A DNA stretch of 64,000 nt from Flaccisagitta enflata (lineage: Eukaryota), in assembly GCA_965153355.1 (NCBI GenBank), contig OZ231126.1, positions 43,028,001 through 43,092,000 of the forward strand. The letters run 5' to 3'. The first letter of the stretch is position 1, and the number at the start of each line of letters is the position of its first letter. Both the position numbers and the translations under genes were made by a program. Shown one piece after another: positions 55,746 to 64,000 of the stretch. The notes beneath the pieces are model-generated. The model searched no databases. It saw only the letters and a program-made list of their open reading frames with translations, and was not told the DNA's origin.

Positions 55746-58700
55746 CAAACAGACAGAAATCATACAAGTGGCGCGGGATCACAATATCGTTGCGGACGGG
55801 TGGGCAGGGGCGTCCAACCCCCATCCCTTACCTAACCCTCAACCCACACATGAACATACACAAAAAGTATCTAAAACGCTCTTTTTCCACTTTTCAACTC
55901 AGTGACACCCGTACCAATGGACGGACTGAGGACCAACGGACATACAGAGCCTCTTATAGAGTTGCATGACCTGGGACTTGTCATATCCGCATGTCCGCAA
56001 CTACATGCCCGCAACTAAAAAACGGAGAGAGACAGACATACTGGGAAGGATTACACAGACTGAGATAACGAGCGAAAAAAAGAGCGACAGAAACACACAA
56101 TTCACAAAGACGAAGAGGCAAAATCCCTGATTTTAGATCTAAACCTGGATATTGGGCCACCGGGTTAAAATTTGAGTAAAACGGCTAAAATTTGGTCGGT
56201 TTTTGCATTACTGCTCCTGCCATACTGCTTGGATAGCCTTTTTTATCACTGCCCCTGCCCACCCGCGCGCGACCTCGGTAACTGTGTTTCCGGCCTTTTT
56301 CTTTTTCTGATATAATCGTCTACGTGTTGATATATTTCTACCAATAACGTTTTAAAAGAATTCTCCCCTTCCTTTCTATCTGTAGTGCCAAAAGAAGTTT
56401 TTCCTGTTCATTTGTCAAAGTCAAAATACAACTTATGCACGCGAGTCTATCTCTCATCTATACGAAATTTTTTTTATCTGTGTTTGGGCAAGCGTCCAAG
56501 GTTTCTTGTAGTGCTTCTTTGTTTGTTTTTTTGAGCTGCTGGCTAAGCGACTCTATAAGAGGGTGTGTCCCTTGGAAGGTAGGTCCCGTGGGAACGCGCG
56601 AAATTTTGGATGACGCAAAATTGCCTTGTCAAATTTCAGCCCCCGCCCTGCCCACCCTCATCACTGCCCCTGCCCATCTGCCAACGACCACTTATTGGCC
56701 GTGTTTCCGGCCTTGTTTAGATATGTCCTTGCATATCTTAATTCTCTTTAAGAAATTCAATTCACCATATTTGAGTCTCTTTCATCCAAAATTTCATTCA
56801 TTCATTCATTCGTTTATTCATTCATTCATTCATTCATTCACTCATTCATTCATTTATTCATTCGTTCATTCATTCATTCATTCATTCATTCATTCATTCA
56901 TTCATTCATTCATTCATTCATTCATTCATTCATTCATTCAGTCATTCAGTCATTCAGTCATTCAGTCAGTCAGTCATTTATTTATCTATTCATACAGTCA
57001 TTCAATTATTCCTTTATTCATTCATATCGTCATTCATTCATTCATTCATTCATTCATTCATTCATTCATTCATTCATTCATTCATTCATTCATTCATTCA
57101 TTCATTCATTCATTCATTCATTTGAAAACGACATTTAACCCTAAACAGCCTTCATTCATAGATGAAGCATCTTTAGCCCACTTGGCCTTGTGTTTCTTCC
57201 TCTTCCTCTTTTGATTGTGCGCCGTCTAAACATTTCCGGTAACCGTTCCTTTCTGCGTCCAACTCTCGTCACCTTAGTGTCACCTTTGCATCACGTTTTT
57301 GTCAAGATGATAAAAGAGCACCGAGTTTTCTACATTCGCATCGCATTTCATTCTAGACGGCGTTTTCTGCCAGTTGTTTAATACGCGACTCTACCAGTAT
57401 CCTTATCCGTCAGTCCGTCTGTTGGTTGGTTTTCCTATCTGTCTTACCATCTATCATACCAGCTATTTTTAAACCTGTCTGTCTGTCCATCCGTCCCGTA
57501 TGGGTTTTTTTCATCTTACAACCTAATAATCACAGGACTAAAAGATTTTGTCTCTATGTTTTTTTCCATTTTTGTAATTCATTCTTATTTCTAGACATTA
57601 TTCATTCAAAACTTCCCATGCATGCGACATTGGTCTGACAGCCTTACTCTCTTTCCTATCTTACACTATTTCTTGTCGTGCGCGGGTTGCCAAAATGTAG
57701 CGCTACAAGTCAAGTTTTTTTGACGTGTATGTATCGTTACTTTCACAATCTTTAAGACTCAATTCTTTTACCTCATGTTTGTGTATCATATTTTCACATT
57801 TTTTTGTTTTGCATTCTTTTTTATTATCACCGACTAGAGCTTTACTTGTCTTGCTTTTTCTTTCCCATTTCTTTTCTTCATATCCTTAAGATGTACAAAA
57901 CAAAGCAATGGCCATTTGTCTTCATCCATCTATTTCTATGTTTTACACCCTTAATATATACAAAGCAAAAACATTTCTTTTACTTTTCAGTGATGTCTTA
58001 GATACCGCCTTTTCGGCCAGATACTCTTCCATTCTCCCTCTATTTATTTACGGGAATCCATCTTCTGCGTCTTTGGCTCTCGACTTTTGCATTTGGCCAG
58101 TTGGTGTACTCGTCGGTCCGTCCGTCCGTCCGTTTATCCTATATAGTTTCCAAACCCTCTTCATGGAGGGCTTGGTGTTTGTTTCATTTTTAGTTGCGGA
58201 CACGCAACTCTTTAAGAGGCTTTGTCCGTCCGTCCGTCGGCCCATCCATCCGTCGGTCCGTCCGTTCGTCCGTCCGTCCATAATGATCGAGTCAAAAAGT
58301 GGGAAAGCACGCATTTCCGCTCCTGCCCATACGTCCGCAACTGGTGGCCGTGTATCCGGCCTTGTTCTTTTGTTGATCAAATCATCCATTCATACATTTC
58401 AAGAATCAGGCACCTTTGTTCAGTTGTGCGAGGCTGGGGCAGTGCAGGGTAGGAGAGGGAAGATATATCCTCCAATATCAGTGAGGCTAAGTTCGAATTC
58501 CTGACCATTTGAAATGATGCATGGTTAGATTCAGTCGTATGACACAATAAGTGTCGCTCAAAAAGTGATGATTTCAGATAAGGTAAAACCAACAGGGTTA
58601 CCAACATACTATGAGACATACCAACAAATAAAACATGTGGAGTTGCTATCATGGGAAAAACTTAGAACATTCAACAAGGGACATAAAAAAAAAGATAAAT

Positions 58701-59763
58701 TGCTTGTTCCATCACTTTTCTGAACTCCCTCCAACATCCTCGCGCATGTTCCTGTTGATGAATAGACAAAATGGAGTCCTATTTTAGGCGACACTCACTG
58801 CGATATGACCATGAGATGGATTACATCCAGGCTTACATCCGGGCTCGCAGACAGAATTACGCAAGGATCCGATATATTGGTTTATATCTTTATGTATTGG
58901 AATTGGATGAAGAGGAAAAAAATGAGTGAGGAGCCAAAGTGAGCACCGCTCGAGATGGTGCAAAAAATACGAGGCGAACTGTGAGGCGGCAGTTGGAGGA
59001 GAGAGACACACAACGCCAGTGACAGAGACAAAAAGATTGAGAGACAAAAACAGAGGAGATAGTAGAAGGGGGAAAAATACAGACTCTGGGACGAATGAGT
59101 GAGGAGAAAGACGCACGAAGTTAGTGGCAGAGACAGAGACAAAGCTCAAAACATAGGAAATAGGGACGGAAAAGATAGTATAGAGGAGTGAGGAATGAAA
59201 CTGAAGTTAGTGACAGAGACAGTGACAAAGATCAAAATACAAGAAACAGGGACAGAAGAGACAGTAAAGAGGAACAAAATGAAAAGGCCTTAAGGTGGCT
59301 GATTGAGGAATGAGACAGGGGGATAACGAAAAAAACTTGAGAAAATGTAACATAGGAAGGAGGTAGAGGGGGAGAGTAGGAAGCTCGAGTGGTAGGTGTT
59401 AACGGAGGAAGGAGGAATTCTTAAAGGTGAGGAGACTGTCCGGTGGGGAAAGACAGCAAGCAAAAGAAAAGGAAGATATAACAGTGGAGACTTCTCTCGT
59501 ACTCGTAACATGTTTGTTCCATGTATTTTCTCATATATCTGATGATCTCGATTATGTTGATAATATTTCCGTTTCTGGAAAATGGATTTAGAAGAAAGTA
59601 TATCGTTCGCAAATTACAAAATCCTCTTTGACTGAAACGGAAAGGAGAAAGGATTTAGAGGATAAAAGTGCCTCTTGCTATTCTTGAGATGGGGAAATAC
59701 TGAAATCGCAGTTCAAAGGGTGGAAGCTTGGACCGAGCATTATTCAATTTGTCACAAGAGTAG

Positions 59764-59892
<129 letters not shown>

Positions 59893-60554
59893 TCAGACGG
59901 AGACAGAGATAGACAGTTAGACAGATAGACAGACAGAGACAAACAAACAGACAGACAGATTGCGTCGGAGACGGGATAAAGAGAAGAGCAATTGGACACA
60001 GAGACAGAAGTAGACAAAGAGGAATGCTGAAAGACTGTCCGTACAACTGAGAGAAGGATAGCCAGACAAAATAGTCAGCAGTACCAACAGACAGACAGAC
60101 AAACAGAAATAGAAATAGTGCAGTCGTGGATGGATAAAAGGGGCGAAAGGGAGGCAGACAGACACAATGGACGACAAAAGAATGACAAATATTTCTGCAA
60201 ATTGGGTGACAGGATAGAAGAATCGTTATGGCGGTGGACAGTAAAGGTACAGACAGTTTCAGAGCTAGACAGTCGAGGTACAGACGGTTTCGAGTCGATT
60301 CTTTGAAAGAAAAAAAAAGAGCACACATGTGAATTAGAGGGGGAAAGGGGGAGGAATAGTAACGCTTCTGTGGGAGTGTCAAGGCATATTTGAAAGTCAT
60401 TATGAAAGGGAATGGGAAGAAAGAAAAAGAAAGGGGAGAAAATACAATGAAGGTTACTCACTAGTCACTACCTTTAGTCTGAAAATGTGCGACAAATGTC
60501 CGAAAAAATTGTGGTACTTAGTTAGGAGGATACTTAGTTTGGAGGAGAGAGAGA

Positions 60555-60615
<61 letters not shown>

Positions 60616-61280
60616 GACAGAGACAGAGACAGAGACAGAGACAGAGACAGACAGAGACAGACAGAGACAGAGACAGACAGAGACAGTCAGAGACTGAATG
60701 AGATGCACTGAGAAAACAAATAAACAGATGATTACGATGAGTGTTCTTTATCACGTTGTTCCTATAACGTATCCATGTTTGCTCCCTTGATACCCGTTAT
60801 TGCGGGGTTCAAATGTATTATCTAATTACGTCTAAGGAAAGTTTTGAAGAATATGAAACAAAGCAGCTAACCATGGAACTGATGATAGTATCAACAAATT
60901 GTACCTCTTTTGGGGATGCGATAACCCACGACGCACGACATGAGCGACGCTGATTGCGTGCGTGCGTGCGTGCGTGCTTGCGTGCGTTCTTGAGTGCTTG
61001 TGTGCGTGCTTTTGCGTTTGCGAGTGCGTCGTATAGATATAATGAATAATGAAGAAGAGAAACTTCGTAACTTTGAAGGTAGGCAACAAAAAAAGTGGAA
61101 GAAAATTGAAAGCGAGTTAAAAATGGAAACGGAAAATGGGGAAACGAGTGACAAGAAGACGGGAGAAAAAAATCAACAAACAAAAACAAAAACACGAAGA
61201 CGAAGAGAAGATTACAACAATGGAGAAGACGACGACGACGACAACGACGACGACGACAAAGACGACGACGATGACGACGA

Positions 61281-61331
<51 letters not shown>

Positions 61332-62022
61332 AAAGAACGAAGACAAAGACGACCAAGTAGACGATTGCTTGTATGAATTTTTTAATTGGTATCTCAATAT
61401 CGTTGTTTACATTCTTGAATCTTGATAAATAAAAAAATGAAAAACTTTTTCAGTTTCCTTCATTTCTCTTTATCACAATTGATATTCTCCCTCTTTTCCC
61501 ATTACTTACCGTATTTCTCCTAATAAGCAGCCCGGACGCTTGTAAAATCATGATTTCACATTTCATTTTAGCCCCCTAAATAGCATTTCCTCCACTACTT
61601 TTGACCTTTTTTTTTAAAAGAAATAAAGAAATACTGCAGTAAGTGAAAAGGAAAAGTTTTAGAAATGCATTACCTATCCTCAAATCTTAATCTTTTTAGT
61701 TTTCTCTATTTTCTGTGATGAAAATGCTAATGTGGTTAGGGGGGGGCGAGGGGGCGAGAGGGGGCGAGAGGGGGCGAGAAATACGGTATTAACGACAAAA
61801 AGGTGTTGTATACATAGCGGCCATGTGTGTATAATGAGACTAAAACTACTAAATCTTTTGCACAAGTCAGGTTTCTTGCATTTTAATTTGCTTTTACCTT
61901 TTTTTTTCTGCTGCTTCTGCTCCATTAATTCTTCCTTCCCTTCGCACTGGTGAATCTTTCAGCTGCGTGGCATCGTTCATTTCCCCGGGACTCTCTCTCT
62001 CTCTCTCTCTTTTTCTCTCTCA

Positions 62023-62097
<75 letters not shown>

Positions 62098-64000
62098 CTC
62101 TCTTTTTTCAGTTTCGGACTGCCGATCCAAAAGTGTGTCCCAACTCCACCCGCTTTTTCGGTCGAGTGCTCCCTACGCAAGTGTTGATTAGTCCGTCTGT
62201 CGGCTGTTACGTCAAACCCGACTTTTTCATCATTAGTGTGCAAACACCTCTAGATTAAAACAAGGCCGGCTACACGTCGCGTGCGGGTAGGCAGGGGCAG
62301 TAATAAACAGTCGCCCAAGGGCAATATGTGGTCAGCGGTACCCGTTGCCCTGCTTTGCATGACTATGAATTTGAGCGAGGGGAAGTCCTGTAGAACACAA
62401 GGGGACTTTCATACATTCTTCCTAGGATAGTTGATGAGGCACTGAAGAGGGCTGGTTGACGGCGTTTGATATCCTGAATGCTGGGCTGATCTGAAGGCTG
62501 AGAGGGCTGATTTCAAGCCTGAGTTGGTAGATTTGAGGTCTGAGGGGGCATATCAAAGGCCTGAGAGGGCAGATTTGAGGCCTGAGAGGACAAATTTGGA
62601 GTCTGAAATGGCAGATTTGTGGCCTGAGAGGCCTGATTTGAGGCCTGAGAGGCTTGAGAGGGCAGATTAGAGGATGATCTGAGGCCTGAGAGGGCAGAGT
62701 TGATGCCTAGAGGGCTGATTTGAAGCCTGACAGGATTGATTTGAAGCTTTATAGGGCTTTTTTGAGGCCAAAGAGGGTGAATTATAGGTCTGTGAGGAAG
62801 ATTTAAGGCCAGAGAAGCCAGGTTTGAGGCTTCAGAGGACAGATTTGAGGCCTGAGAGGTTAGATTTTGGGCTTGAAAGACCTGATTTGAGGCCAATGGG
62901 GGGGGGAAGGAACGAAGGAACGAACAAACGAATGAACAAACAAATGGAAAAATGGATAAATGTAGAGTCTGAAACATGTCAAACCAGATGGATTTTAGCG
63001 GTCTGTTTCTATGGGTTAACTATGGTCTTTTTCCTCGTTCTTAGGCTCAAAAGACGTAGAATTCTTTTTTTAATAATTACACAACACTAAAGCTGATATA
63101 AAGACGATTTGGACAATGTCAATTTTAAACAAACAAGTGTTATTAAAAGTTTATTTAACAAGCCATGAAATTTGGGGGAATCGTGGACTCAAGATGCGCA
63201 AAAAGGATGGGGGTTATGTTTGTTTATACATCATTGCGACCAAAGAAATGTAAACAATACTTTTTATGGCTATGAAACAATCAATAATTGCCAGTAGCAC
63301 GATATTCTATACTTTTTTTTTGGTGAAAATTCTTGCAGAAATATACCACGAAAAAACGAAGTTTTCTAAGGACCGTTGTGCCCAAGTTCTTAGGAGGCGG
63401 GGATTTGCCCAAAGTCAGCCTTATGCACCGTGATTTGAGGTTTTCAAATCTATTTTCAGATCTTTCATAGCGTAACGCGCGGCAACGCGGCATGTTATTA
63501 AGTGGGAGGTGGTAGAGGAGCTAGAATGATGATAAAAGAAATCACACCGCAATGGCGCAATAGCATTAGAACCGTAGCTTTAGACGCAAAATAAAAGTAT
63601 TAAACTACATTCGTGTCTCAACCTTATCAGTTGCAGACACGCAACTCTACAAGAGACTTTGTCCGTCCATCTGTTGGTCTGTTTGTTGATCCTTTGGTCC
63701 GTGGTGATCGAGTCAAAAAGTGGAAAAATGACCGTTTTGGATACTTTTTGTGTATGTTTGTGTGACCCCGCGTGCGTAGTAGTGGTCCATTACTGGAACA
63801 AGCTTCTCTCACTCGGGCATTTAATGCCTTCCGTAACTGCACCACAGATTTTTTCGTGTTGCGTAAAAAAGAATTATTTTACATAGTAGAAATCTAAGCA
63901 TGGGTAGGGGCACGAGTACATCCCTCCATCTGTCTCTCCGTCTTTCGAAGATCGTCAGTAGCGACGTTGCCATTGAAGAACTGCTTGGTCAAGAAGTCAA

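Noticed and set aside
58785-58890. Exon-like island (CEPGCKPGC on minus, RYDHEMDY on plus)
   Set aside because: Both strands are plausible and there are no linked exons, so it cannot be called.

Overview
Eukaryotic, microsatellite-rich DNA, probably from an invertebrate animal (inference). The flanks (1-11.9 kb and 44.6-64 kb) are mostly simple repeats, MITEs and short non-autonomous Helentron/DINE-1-like repeats, with a few possible host exons. The centre (~11,970-44,589) holds a large, partly decayed Polinton/Maverick-like endogenous virus. Its minus-strand arm encodes a packaging ATPase, two conserved Polinton-type accessory proteins, a DDE (rve) integrase, a minor capsid (penton), several basic or chromatin-type proteins, a major capsid protein and a divergent 1253-aa protein-primed family-B polymerase. 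Its right end reads ...CTTACTACT, a Polinton-type terminus, flush with a (GT)n tract. The left end is not visible and may lie in the N gap at 11,960. Converging on this arm is a plus-strand arm that includes a 12-exon gene I spliced by hand into a parvovirus NS1/Rep-like protein (possible HUH motif plus a full SF3 helicase). Many of the viral genes are split by GT-AG introns, including both Walker A motifs, so the ORF track misses them. Family calls come from motif recognition only; no database searches were run.
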